64,000 nt of DNA from Promethearchaeia archaeon (lineage in GTDB: Archaea > Asgardarchaeota > Lokiarchaeia > Sigyniarchaeales > SOKP01). The stretch spans positions 224,001 to 288,000 of the forward strand of contig JAHQWG010000028.1 in assembly GCA_029856045.1 (NCBI GenBank). The letters are read 5' to 3'. Every line of letters starts with the position of its first letter. Positions within the stretch are counted from its first letter, which is position 1. The position numbers and the translations under genes are program-made. Below the pieces are notes generated by a model. The model searched no databases. It was given only the letters and a program-made list of their open reading frames with translations, and was not told the origin of the DNA. Shown one piece after another: positions 20,377 through 29,390 of this stretch.

Positions 20377-20865
20377 TTACCATTCGATTTCATCTCCAAT
20401 TTGTTTCAATGGCCAAATCCAGTAAGATTTTCGCTTTTTGACACCTTTTTCTTTTAATTCTTTAAACAATTTGATTTTTTGCTCTTCTATTAATCCATCA
20501 GGGTCAAATAAAATTTTTCCATCATTCATACAATCCAAAATTAGGTCAACTTTATTCTGAATTAGGTTTTTAAACTCAGTTTCCTTAACCCATATTGAAT
20601 CTATACCAGAAAGAGACAATCCCATCAAATCTAATTTTACTTCAGTTAATTTTTTATGATCTTCAGGAATTTCATTATCAGAAAAAATTACGATTAAATC
20701 AATATCACTTAATTTTTCTTCTGAATGAATAGCTTTATTTCTTGCTAAAGAACCAAATAAAATTATTCCCTTTATTCTTTTTCCTGTTTGGAATAATTTA
20801 TTAAAATATTCATTTAGTATTTTTAAAAAATATTCATCTTTAATAAACGAAAGATTTATACCCAT
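20377..20865 (-). CDS. Minimal nucleotidyltransferase (MNT) domain protein
   Basis: ILFGSLAR...SDIDLIVI. Confidence 0.85.
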   Translation of the reverse strand: MGINLSFIKDEYFLKILNEYFNKLFQTGKRIKGIILFGSLARNKAIHSEEKLSDIDLIVIFSDNEIPEDHKKLTEVKLDLMGLSLSGIDSIWVKETEFKNLIQNKVDLILDCMNDGKILFDPDGLIEEQKIKLFKELKEKGVKKRKSYWIWPLKQIGDEIEW

Positions 20866-21377
20866 TTTTTTAACTCATCCATTAATTTTTCAAATTGCAT
20901 TAATTCATCAATTTGTTTATCCGTTAATTTAAAAGATTCCTTTAGCAAAACCAAAAAAAAATTTATAATTATTCCAAGATATTTAAGAAATTTTTCAATG
21001 TCTTTGATAGTAGAATATATTTCCTCAGAGATTATTAATTCTCCATTTTTAAATATTCCATATCTAGTCTTTGTGCCCTCTTCTTCAAAAAATTTAGAAT
21101 AATTACAGATTTGTTTGAGTATTTCCCTTGTTTTTTCATCTATATTAATAGATTCTTCATTTTTGAGAACATCTTTTAATATAATAGATGGTGTATGCGT
21201 TTTAATACTTTTTATTCCCATTAAATTCAAAATTGATTTGTTTAATTTCTCTACGGCAAATTGACACCTAAAAGCAATATCTGCAAAATCCTCCGTTTTA
21301 AGATCCTTTAAAACTCTATCTATATCATGTATAGCTGAAATAATCCACTTTCTAGCTTGGGAAAAATTAGTTTCCAT
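20856..21377 (-). CDS. HEPN domain protein
   Basis: W...A..D, AFRCQFAVEKLNK, KTH and TRY motifs. Overlaps the MNT gene. Confidence 0.8.
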   Translation of the reverse strand: METNFSQARKWIISAIHDIDRVLKDLKTEDFADIAFRCQFAVEKLNKSILNLMGIKSIKTHTPSIILKDVLKNEESINIDEKTREILKQICNYSKFFEEEGTKTRYGIFKNGELIISEEIYSTIKDIEKFLKYLGIIINFFLVLLKESFKLTDKQIDELMQFEKLMDELKKWV

Positions 21378-21548
21378 TCCTTAATCATTATAAAAAAGAT
21401 TAATTTCCTTATTAAATATTTGATATTACTAATTAAATTATTTAATAAAAAAAATCGTTATTTCTTGTAATTAAATTAATTTTTCATGCAATACTAGACA
21501 TAATTAACATAAAAAATATTCTTAAAATAAAATTAATCGAGAATTATT

Positions 21549-21749
21549 ATGAAAGATCAAAAAGAAAAATTAAAAAAGTATTTACAATATTGGAACGACC
21601 ATAATTCTTCACATTTGGAAAAATTAAATGTTCGAATTGAAATGGCAACTGAAATGGGTTTAAAAGAAGTGGCTGAAAAAATCAAAGAAGCGGTTGAATT
21701 TATGAATAAAGCAAATAAATCATTATTAGAAGCATTTAAAATGGTATAA
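21549..21749 (+). CDS. Small helical protein with WxxHNxxH motif
   Basis: 66 aa, LQYWNDHNSSH, isolated ORF with normal codon use. Confidence 0.65.
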   Translation: MKDQKEKLKKYLQYWNDHNSSHLEKLNVRIEMATEMGLKEVAEKIKEAVEFMNKANKSLLEAFKMV

Positions 21750-21882
21750 TATTGTAAAAATATTTAGCATTAATGTCTATAGTATAAATAGTTTAAGATT
21801 CTTTAAGATAGAGATAAAATATTTATTAAGATTAAACAATTTATAATAATTGCATTGGAATAGAAAAATATTAATAAAAACT

Positions 21883-21980
21883 GCCTCAGTTGCTTAGCCT
21901 GGTAGAGCGTTGCCTTGGTATCAAATCCGTAGGTTTAAACAGAAAGGCAAAGGTCGCGGGTCCGACTCCCGCCTGAGGCT
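21883..21980 (+). tRNA. tRNA-Thr(GGT) with a canonical 37/38 intron (about 21921-21944)
   Basis: Acceptor GCCTCAG/CTGAGGC, anticodon stem TTGCC/GGCAA around TT-GGT-A, T-stem GCGGG/CCCGC. The intron forms the hairpin aaatc-cgta-ggttt. Confidence 0.9.
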
Positions 21981-21994
21981 CAATATTCGAAAAA

Positions 21995-22162
21995 GTCGGT
22001 GTGGCTAAGCTTGGTTACTAAAGCGCTAAAAAGCGTTAGCGCCAACAAGCGCCAGACTCATAATCTCTTATGAAGAATTGGGTCAGAAAATAAGACATCT
22101 GGAGATCGGGGGCTCAAAAAAAAAAGCACTTCGCTTTTATTGAGTAGATCCCCCCACCGACA
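21995..22162 (+). tRNA. tRNA-Met(CAT), probably elongator, with three introns (D-arm about 22018-22046, anticodon 22063-22096, T-loop 22118-22147)
   Basis: Acceptor GTCGGTG/CACCGAC plus A, anticodon stem CCAGA/TCTGG with CT-CAT-A, T-stem GGGGG/CCCCC. Each insertion fits a relaxed bulge-helix-bulge. Confidence 0.85.
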
Positions 22163-22240
22163 CTCTTTCTTTCTTTTAAATTAATTAATATTTTCGCCAA
22201 CATAGATATCTTTTAATAATGTGGTATCAATTTTTTTGTT

Positions 22241-23803
22241 ATGTATAAATTGAATAAATTAAACTTCTCTAAAACAATTTCCAGTTCCCAAATGGCTTCA
22301 GAGGATAATAATTCTGAATGGTTGGGTATTCCCAAGAATTTATTAATGGAATGTGCAGGTTATTCATTCACTCAAAATATTATTGAATATTATAATTTGA
22401 AGCCATATCAACGAGTTATTATATTTTCTGGGCTTGGTAATAATGGTGGTGATAGTTTTGTAATTGCTCGTCATTTATCGAGTATGAAAATATATGTGGA
22501 TTTAATTTTAATAGGATTACCTGAGAAAATAAGAACGGAGGAGTCGCGATTAAATTGGAATATAATTCAAAATCTAAAGTTAGCGATTCAAATCAGAATT
22601 ATAAAGGATTCTTCAGAATTTAAAAATCTTCAAGAAGAGTTAAATAAAATCAAGTTTGAATTAATTATTGATGGACTGCTGGGAACTGGCATTAAAGGAA
22701 AAATAAGAGAACCAATATCATCTGCTATTGATTTAATTAATGAATTTCAATCTAAAGGCATTAAAATCACCTCTATTGATGTACCCTCTGGAATGAATCC
22801 TGATACTGGAACTATATTGGATAAAGTAATTAAAGCTGATTATGTGATAACTTTCCATAAATTAAAAAATGGTTTAAAGGAAAATACTGAATATGCAAAA
22901 AAGGTGGAAGTATGTCCAATTGGAATACCACTTGAGGCAAACCTATTCGTTGGTAGGGGTGACTTAATACCAACAATTAAAATTCACCCCGAATCTTCGC
23001 ATAAAGGTGAAAATGGCAAAATATTAGTAATTGGAGGAAGTAAAGATTATTCTGGGGCACCCGCATTAGCATCCCTGGCAGCAATTAAAATAGGGGTAGA
23101 TTTAGTTAGAACATTTGTACCTGAATCAATCTCAGAAATTATAAAAAAATATTCACCTAATCTAATTGTAAACCATGGGAGTGGAGATTATATTTCTGTT
23201 GAACATTTGGCTTCTCTAAAAGAATTGATTGAATGGGCTGATGCAATTTTAATCGGTCCAGGAATGGGAATTAATAATATTACTCAAGAAGCAACCTTAA
23301 AAATATTAGATATTTTATCTGAATTAAACAAACCTTGTGTTATTGATGCTGATGCCTTGAAATTAATTAAAAATAATCTTAAATTAATACAACGTTCCAA
23401 TATCATATTAACACCACATGAAGGAGAATTTAAGATAATGACTGGAGAATCTCTACCTCCAATGGAAAATTTTATTGAAAGATTAGAGAATGTCTCAAGA
23501 GTCGCAAAAAGATATGGAGCGACATTTTTAGTTAAAGGGAAATATGATCTAATATCTAACGGTTTAGAGAGAAAAATTAATCAAACAGGATGTTCCCAAA
23601 TGACCGTAGGTGGAACCGGTGATATCCTTGCAGGATTGTGTACCGCATTTATGTCTGTGAAAAATAGCGCTTTCAACTCAGCATGTTCAGCGGCTTTTTT
23701 AAATGGATTAGCTGGAGAATTATGTTTAGAGGAAGTTGGAGATTTTTTCACAGCCTCCAACATGATAGATAAAATTCCAGCGACTCTAAAAAAAATATTA
23801 TAA
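22241..23803 (+). CDS. nnr: Bifunctional NAD(P)H-hydrate epimerase/dehydratase
   Basis: LMECAG, GNNGGD, DGLLGTG, SIDVPSG, HKGENG, GPGMG, LTPHEGE, GGTGDILAG. Confidence 0.95.
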   Translation: MYKLNKLNFSKTISSSQMASEDNNSEWLGIPKNLLMECAGYSFTQNIIEYYNLKPYQRVIIFSGLGNNGGDSFVIARHLSSMKIYVDLILIGLPEKIRTEESRLNWNIIQNLKLAIQIRIIKDSSEFKNLQEELNKIKFELIIDGLLGTGIKGKIREPISSAIDLINEFQSKGIKITSIDVPSGMNPDTGTILDKVIKADYVITFHKLKNGLKENTEYAKKVEVCPIGIPLEANLFVGRGDLIPTIKIHPESSHKGENGKILVIGGSKDYSGAPALASLAAIKIGVDLVRTFVPESISEIIKKYSPNLIVNHGSGDYISVEHLASLKELIEWADAILIGPGMGINNITQEATLKILDILSELNKPCVIDADALKLIKNNLKLIQRSNIILTPHEGEFKIMTGESLPPMENFIERLENVSRVAKRYGATFLVKGKYDLISNGLERKINQTGCSQMTVGGTGDILAGLCTAFMSVKNSAFNSACSAAFLNGLAGELCLEEVGDFFTASNMIDKIPATLKKIL

Positions 23804-23922
23804 AAATCATTAAATCTCCAATCTATTTTACACATAAAATTTTATATATTTTTAAATTATTATAATAAATAGTAAAGAATAAAAAAATAATCACTATAAG
23901 TATAATAAGGGTTAGGGTTATA

Positions 23923-24744
23923 ATGGTTCAAGTCTTCAAAATTTTAGATACCGGGGAAACTGAAGAAATTAAAGATACTGGCAATCCAATTAAGGATATC
24001 CTAGACATTTCTGAAGTATATATTATAATCAGCGAACATCGGGATAAAACAATTTGGTTATGGAAAGGTGCAAAATCATCGGTTAGAAGAAAATTCATTG
24101 GAGCCCAGAAGTCGCAGGACGTTCGAGGGCAGGTAGGAATGCAATATTCAGTGTTTCCTGTAGATCAAGGCGAGGAAAAACCAGATTTTATAAAAATTAT
24201 TGGGGGTAATCCCAGTGAAGGATTTGCGAGAGAAATTAAAGATGATAGTGCTGGACTAGAGACTCATCCTTTAAGGCAAAAGCAAATTTTTGAACCACCA
24301 GAACCAGCAGAAGGGATGAAAATCGGACCATCACCTCAGGCTCAAGCTGGAATAGGGCCTTTATATACTGGAGAGGAATCAATATCTAAATATTTAGAAC
24401 CGAATACTGTTGATTTTAAATCGGTGATGCAAAAATTAGAAGAAATTGCTACTCCGGAAGGTTTCGAAAGAGAAATGATTATTATTGGCTCCCAAACCTT
24501 TGCGGTTGTCGAAAAAGTTCAAACATTTTTGGGTAAAAAACAGATTGAGAAAGTTATTGAGCGTATTAGTTCAATCCCTGAAGGTGTTTTTTTTGCTGAA
24601 GGCTATACGCCTCGAATTTTATCAGAAAATGGAAAAGTCTTAGCTGTAGAATTTTTAAAAAAATCAAATAGTAATAAAAATAATAATCCTAATAAAAAGA
24701 ATATCTTAAAAAATCAAATAAACCAACAATTAGGTTCTTCCTAA
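23923..24744 (+). CDS. Single gelsolin-domain protein with C-terminal extra domain (1DGelX-like)
   Basis: LDISEVYII...IWLWKGAKSS...KFIG...VDQGEEKPDF is a gelsolin repeat signature. Confidence 0.85.
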   Translation: MVQVFKILDTGETEEIKDTGNPIKDILDISEVYIIISEHRDKTIWLWKGAKSSVRRKFIGAQKSQDVRGQVGMQYSVFPVDQGEEKPDFIKIIGGNPSEGFAREIKDDSAGLETHPLRQKQIFEPPEPAEGMKIGPSPQAQAGIGPLYTGEESISKYLEPNTVDFKSVMQKLEEIATPEGFEREMIIIGSQTFAVVEKVQTFLGKKQIEKVIERISSIPEGVFFAEGYTPRILSENGKVLAVEFLKKSNSNKNNNPNKKNILKNQINQQLGSS

Positions 24745-24841
24745 TAACAAGAATTTAAAATAAATGATATTAACAAAAAAATATTAAGTCACTTTAATTG
24801 TATTCTATAAAATTAAATAATTTTTAAAATAAAATCTAATA

Positions 24842-25234
24842 ATGAGCGATTTAACACCACAAGAAGCTCAGAATTTATCCGAGTTCTTAGGAAATATCAC
24901 TGAACATACTGATTTAGAAGCATTGGCGTTAGTTACTCGAGAAGGTTTAAGACTTGCTTTTTCATGCGTTCCGGGTTATAACATCAATCCTGATTTATTT
25001 TCGTCTATGAGCGCTGTTGTATTAAAAAGCGGGGACGATGCTATTCAAGCACTTGAATATAATGATCTTCTTGAAGTTATTCTTCGAGGAGATAACGCAT
25101 TCATAATTTTAAGCAACGCTGGACGATTCTTCCTAATGGGAGCAAGTAGAGAGATTAAAGATTTAGGAAAAATAGTCTCAGTCTTTAGATACTATTCAAA
25201 AGAAATCTCTAATAGATATCCAAAATTATCTTAA
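24842..25234 (+). CDS. Roadblock/LC7 (LAMTOR-like) domain protein
   Basis: ALVTREGLRLA...PDLFSSMSAVV...LLEVILRGD...DLGKI. Confidence 0.85.
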   Translation: MSDLTPQEAQNLSEFLGNITEHTDLEALALVTREGLRLAFSCVPGYNINPDLFSSMSAVVLKSGDDAIQALEYNDLLEVILRGDNAFIILSNAGRFFLMGASREIKDLGKIVSVFRYYSKEISNRYPKLS

Positions 25235-25478
25235 AATTACCTAATTCTTTAATATTTAAGGAAAATATTGTTATTACAAAGCGTACAAATCTTCTAAGTT
25301 TCATAATTTTTTTAAAATACACAAGACATATATTTCAAAATTTTATTAATATTGAGTAGAAGTCCGTTTAAAATTTTTTAATGATTAAAAATAAATTATA
25401 AATAAGAATTCTAACATTTTATACTAATGAATATTTATTATGTTCTCAAAGGAATATTAATATTATAAAGGGTTAATC

Positions 25479-27644
25479 ATGTCTAAAGAGCCAATAATGT
25501 TGTTTGTTGAGGTTTTTGATTCAGATTCTGCAAAAGTAATAATCTCTAATGAGAATCTTGAAAAATTAGGTGTTAAGAATGGAGATATTGTTGAAGTTAT
25601 AGATAAAGATACAAATAAAACTACATCAGCATTTATTGAGGGCTCTACGAATGTTCTTGAATTTGCTGGTAAATTTTCTAAATTGATATGTGATAAATTA
25701 GGTTTTAAAGGAGTGGAATTAGGTGTTCAAGTAAGATCTGATATTTCCATAACTCCTGAGCTTACTCCCTCTGAAAAAATTTCAATTCCAGTAACCCCAC
25801 CTACTGAAATAAAACCCCCTAAAATTGAATTCGATATTGAACAACCGCAACCAATGAAACCTCAAACTCCCACTTATGCACCTCCAGAACCACAACTACC
25901 AATTCCTGGAATTACTCCCCCACCGTCCCCACCTGGATTGACTCCAACGCCACCACCCCCTCCACAACCATCACCAACATATGCACCTCCAAAACCGCAA
26001 ATGCCAACACCTGGATTAACACCCCCACCACAACCACCACAAATAGACCAATTAGGAGTTCAACCAAGTGGATTACCCGAAACTGAGATAGCTCCTGCTT
26101 ACACCAATCAAATTGATATATATACTTTGCAGACTCAAAAAAGTGGCTTAATTTTAACACCAAAAGTAGTCGATGATATGGAAGGAAGGATTCATTTAAG
26201 TGAGAATAATCTCCGAAAATTAGGATTGGGTGTAGGAATGTTAATTGCATGGGAAGATCCCTTGACACGCTCTGTAGGTTCAGCGAGAATTTCTATGGGT
26301 CTTAACGTTCCAGATAATCAAATCATAATGGATCAAAATACAAAGGAAGATACTAATCTCCTTTCTGATCAAGTTGTAGTTTTTTCTACTGAACCACCCA
26401 TTCAGAAAATGGAGGAAATTTCCCTGGAAGTTAATTCAAAACCAGAACTTAGTGGTTTTTGTCATGTTAGCCCTAGGATAATGCATTCACTCTCTGTACA
26501 ACCTGGTAATATCTTAGCTTTTGAAGACGAATTAACTGGCGCTATTGGAGCTGCAAAAGTTCAAATTAATGAAAGAATGCCCTCCAATCAAATTGTTATT
26601 GATAATGAGATATTAGAAGCTTCCGGAATCGGTAGTTATGAAGTTATTGTAAGAAAAAACCCAAGACAAATTATTTCTTTACAATCAATAACTTTAGGTT
26701 TAAGTCCAATTAAAGGAGAAAATATGTGGGAGCTTGTAAGTACAATACGTCAAAACGTTGACGCCTTAAAAAATTGGCTTATGAATTATATAATATTTAA
26801 AGGAATTAAATTAAGATGGAATGTAGCCAATGTTGCATGTTCTGTCATAGATTGCATACCTGATTTAACAGGAGATATTTTTGCACAAGTATCTCCAAAT
26901 ACTACATTAAGCTTGAGTCCAACGGGTCTTATTCCGTTTAATGCAATATTAATTATTGACATTAGTAGGAGTATGATGGCGCGCGATGTAGAAATTAGAA
27001 ATATTGCTCCTGCAATCGAGGGAATTAAGGCAGCCATGTATTCCCCAGAAATTCAAGAATTTTTAAAAAAATTTAAGGAAGGTATTTCAGTTCCACGTCG
27101 AATAGCAGCCGCTTTTGCAGCAGTTCTATTCTTAAGTGAGAAAGTGGGAAGAGGATTCGGAGAAAAAGTGAGTGTTATACGTTTTGCTGATGAAGCGCAA
27201 GTATTACCCTTCCAAGGAGGGTTGTATATGGATTCTGCCAGCGGTGAAAAAGGAATTCTTGAGGATTGTGCTCGAATGATTGTTGATAGGATTGGGAACG
27301 CTTATGGTCAAGCAACAAATATGGGTGCCGCAATGCTTGCAGGAAGGGAAGTTCTATACACTTTTGAACAAATAAATCCCGATCAGCCAACAATGTTAGT
27401 AATATTAACTGATGGTGTTCCTACCGATGTAGATAATTTTCTTGAAGCTATTAAGCAATTCAGTGAAAACCCAAATGTTGTAATATATATTGTAGGTCTG
27501 GGAAATCCTGATGATCAATTAATGAATAGAGCTGCTAATTTATGTGGTGGAGAATACTTTAAACCAAATGATGCAGGGGAATTATTGATCTGGTACTCAA
27601 AAAGGGCAAGAGATCTAACGGTAAAACTTAAAGCTCATAAATAG
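25479..27644 (+). CDS. Multidomain protein: CDC48-N/double-psi-barrel-like repeats, proline-rich repeat region and C-terminal vWA domain
   Basis: vWA MIDAS residues DISRSM, ATNMG and LTDG. Three repeats of the IxLSxxxLxxLGvxxGdxV type. Pro-rich at aa about 95-205. Confidence 0.8.
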   Translation: MSKEPIMLFVEVFDSDSAKVIISNENLEKLGVKNGDIVEVIDKDTNKTTSAFIEGSTNVLEFAGKFSKLICDKLGFKGVELGVQVRSDISITPELTPSEKISIPVTPPTEIKPPKIEFDIEQPQPMKPQTPTYAPPEPQLPIPGITPPPSPPGLTPTPPPPPQPSPTYAPPKPQMPTPGLTPPPQPPQIDQLGVQPSGLPETEIAPAYTNQIDIYTLQTQKSGLILTPKVVDDMEGRIHLSENNLRKLGLGVGMLIAWEDPLTRSVGSARISMGLNVPDNQIIMDQNTKEDTNLLSDQVVVFSTEPPIQKMEEISLEVNSKPELSGFCHVSPRIMHSLSVQPGNILAFEDELTGAIGAAKVQINERMPSNQIVIDNEILEASGIGSYEVIVRKNPRQIISLQSITLGLSPIKGENMWELVSTIRQNVDALKNWLMNYIIFKGIKLRWNVANVACSVIDCIPDLTGDIFAQVSPNTTLSLSPTGLIPFNAILIIDISRSMMARDVEIRNIAPAIEGIKAAMYSPEIQEFLKKFKEGISVPRRIAAAFAAVLFLSEKVGRGFGEKVSVIRFADEAQVLPFQGGLYMDSASGEKGILEDCARMIVDRIGNAYGQATNMGAAMLAGREVLYTFEQINPDQPTMLVILTDGVPTDVDNFLEAIKQFSENPNVVIYIVGLGNPDDQLMNRAANLCGGEYFKPNDAGELLIWYSKRARDLTVKLKAHK
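25866..26030 (+). repeat. Internal coding repeat PTYAPPxPQxPxPGxTPPP (2 copies) in proline-rich linker
   Basis: PTYAPPEPQLPIPGITPPP and PTYAPPKPQMPTPGLTPPP. Confidence 0.75.
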
Positions 27645-27673
27645 TAGATATAAATAAAATTTTCCAAAAATTT

Positions 27674-29212
27674 TTAGGTTTTTACTTTTATTTCTTGTTC
27701 AATTACTTTCGCTGGTGATTGCCGTATTTTTAAATCTTTATACATATTATTTTCTTTTAATTGAAGACTAATTATATCTTCAGAGATCCCCATAGAACGA
27801 AGCATTTGGTAACCATTTCTTATTACTGCTTTAATGAATCTAGGGACTTGGGGAAGCATCCAATTGAATTTGGAAAAGGGGTTAATATAACGTTTTGCTA
27901 CCATTTTGAGCCAATCTCTGCCCATATAATAATCAGCATAAGCTTCTCCCACTAACCCATACATCTCGTGATTACTTAATTGTTCTGTTCTCATCATAGA
28001 ATGGAAGAGATCGTAGTACTTATAGTTATTAGTTGTAATCATATTTTTACTCTTCATCTCATCGTAAAAGGGAGTGCCAGGAAAGGCGGTAATTGGTGTA
28101 AATTGTACAATAGTCAAATTAAGTGATTTTGTGAATGAAATATTTTGCCGGACCATTTCTTTGGTTTCACCTGGATAACCAATTATTACACCACCAAAAA
28201 TAGAAATACCGTGATCTTGCAGCATTTTAACAACTTTTGTTATCTTAGCAGGTGTAGTATTTATTTTACCCATAGCATCAAGACTTTGTTGATGAACAGA
28301 TTCAATGCCAAGAAATACTTGTCTCATACCTGCCTTTTGCATAAGATCAACTAACCATGGATTTTGGTAAAGTGTATCAACTCTTGATTGGCAGCTAAAA
28401 TAGAATTTATTTGGAAGCCCCGTCTGGATAATAGTATCTAAAATTTTTTTGGTACGTTTAGCATTAATAGTAAAATTATCTTCACAGAAAAAAATAAAAT
28501 TATGACCCAAATTCACATCATATATTTCTTGCATGATTCTTTTTAGGCTTTTAGTTCGATACGAGATATGGTGGATGGGATCTTTCCACATTTTAATGAT
28601 ACAACAAAATTTGCACGAGTGGGGACACCCTCTTGATGTTTCAAGTGGAGCCACTCTTGTACCTAAATAAATATACTTTTTCCATTTTAATAAATCTCTT
28701 CTGGGCATAGGAAAATTATCTAAGTTCGTTTCTAATCTGCGATCCTTATTATGAGTAACTTTTCCATTATTATTGCAATATGAAACACCATCTATTTCTT
28801 TTAATGTTACATGATTTTGGTTTCCATCAATATAATCAATTATTTCTTTAAAAGTATGCTCACCTTCACCCCGAATTGCATAGTCAACTGATTGATCTCT
28901 AGCTACATAATCCGGATCAAGTGTTGGATGATATCCGCCAATAATTGTTGTACAACCCTGTTCTTTAGCCAATTGTGCCACTTCAAGCGCATGATCGATT
29001 TGAGGTGTCATACTTGTAATCGCAACAACATCATAACGGTTTAATTCGCGTTGAAATCGTTTTTCGTAATATTTTTCAATTTTAAAATCAAATAATTTTG
29101 CATCATGATCGGGAACCATAGCTGCGATTGAAATAAGACTCAATGGTGCGCCTTTAATAATTGCATCAAGCCCAGACTCGAGTCGAGCCGGATTAACATA
29201 AAGAATTTTCAT
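27674..29212 (-). CDS. B12-binding radical SAM protein (class B-like)
   Basis: N-terminal B12 domain (PLSLISIAA, GGYHPT, GEGE). SRGCPHSCKFC, EDNF, GIES and TAFPGT motifs. Confidence 0.92.
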   Translation of the reverse strand: MKILYVNPARLESGLDAIIKGAPLSLISIAAMVPDHDAKLFDFKIEKYYEKRFQRELNRYDVVAITSMTPQIDHALEVAQLAKEQGCTTIIGGYHPTLDPDYVARDQSVDYAIRGEGEHTFKEIIDYIDGNQNHVTLKEIDGVSYCNNNGKVTHNKDRRLETNLDNFPMPRRDLLKWKKYIYLGTRVAPLETSRGCPHSCKFCCIIKMWKDPIHHISYRTKSLKRIMQEIYDVNLGHNFIFFCEDNFTINAKRTKKILDTIIQTGLPNKFYFSCQSRVDTLYQNPWLVDLMQKAGMRQVFLGIESVHQQSLDAMGKINTTPAKITKVVKMLQDHGISIFGGVIIGYPGETKEMVRQNISFTKSLNLTIVQFTPITAFPGTPFYDEMKSKNMITTNNYKYYDLFHSMMRTEQLSNHEMYGLVGEAYADYYMGRDWLKMVAKRYINPFSKFNWMLPQVPRFIKAVIRNGYQMLRSMGISEDIISLQLKENNMYKDLKIRQSPAKVIEQEIKVKT

Positions 29213-29390
29213 TAGTTTAATCGAATCGTTTCTTATTAAATTTTTTAATTTTTTAAAATTATTGTTGAAAATACATAGAGGATAATAATATTTAAACTTT
29301 TTGTTGGTTCTACATAGTTTTTGTTTAGCCTACATATAAAAATTAGTACAAAAAAATTAAAAAAATAAGAGGATTTGAAAAGTTCTATTC

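Noticed and set aside
21995-22162. Assignment as initiator Met or Ile2(CAT)
   Set aside because: It lacks the A1-U72 pair and the three G-C pairs in the anticodon stem of initiators. The 37/38 intron and acceptor sequence fit elongator Met better, though Ile2 is not formally excluded.
25850-26045. C-rich repetitive DNA as possible CRISPR or tandem repeat array
   Set aside because: Fully explained by proline codons within the vWA gene; no repeat-spacer periodicity.
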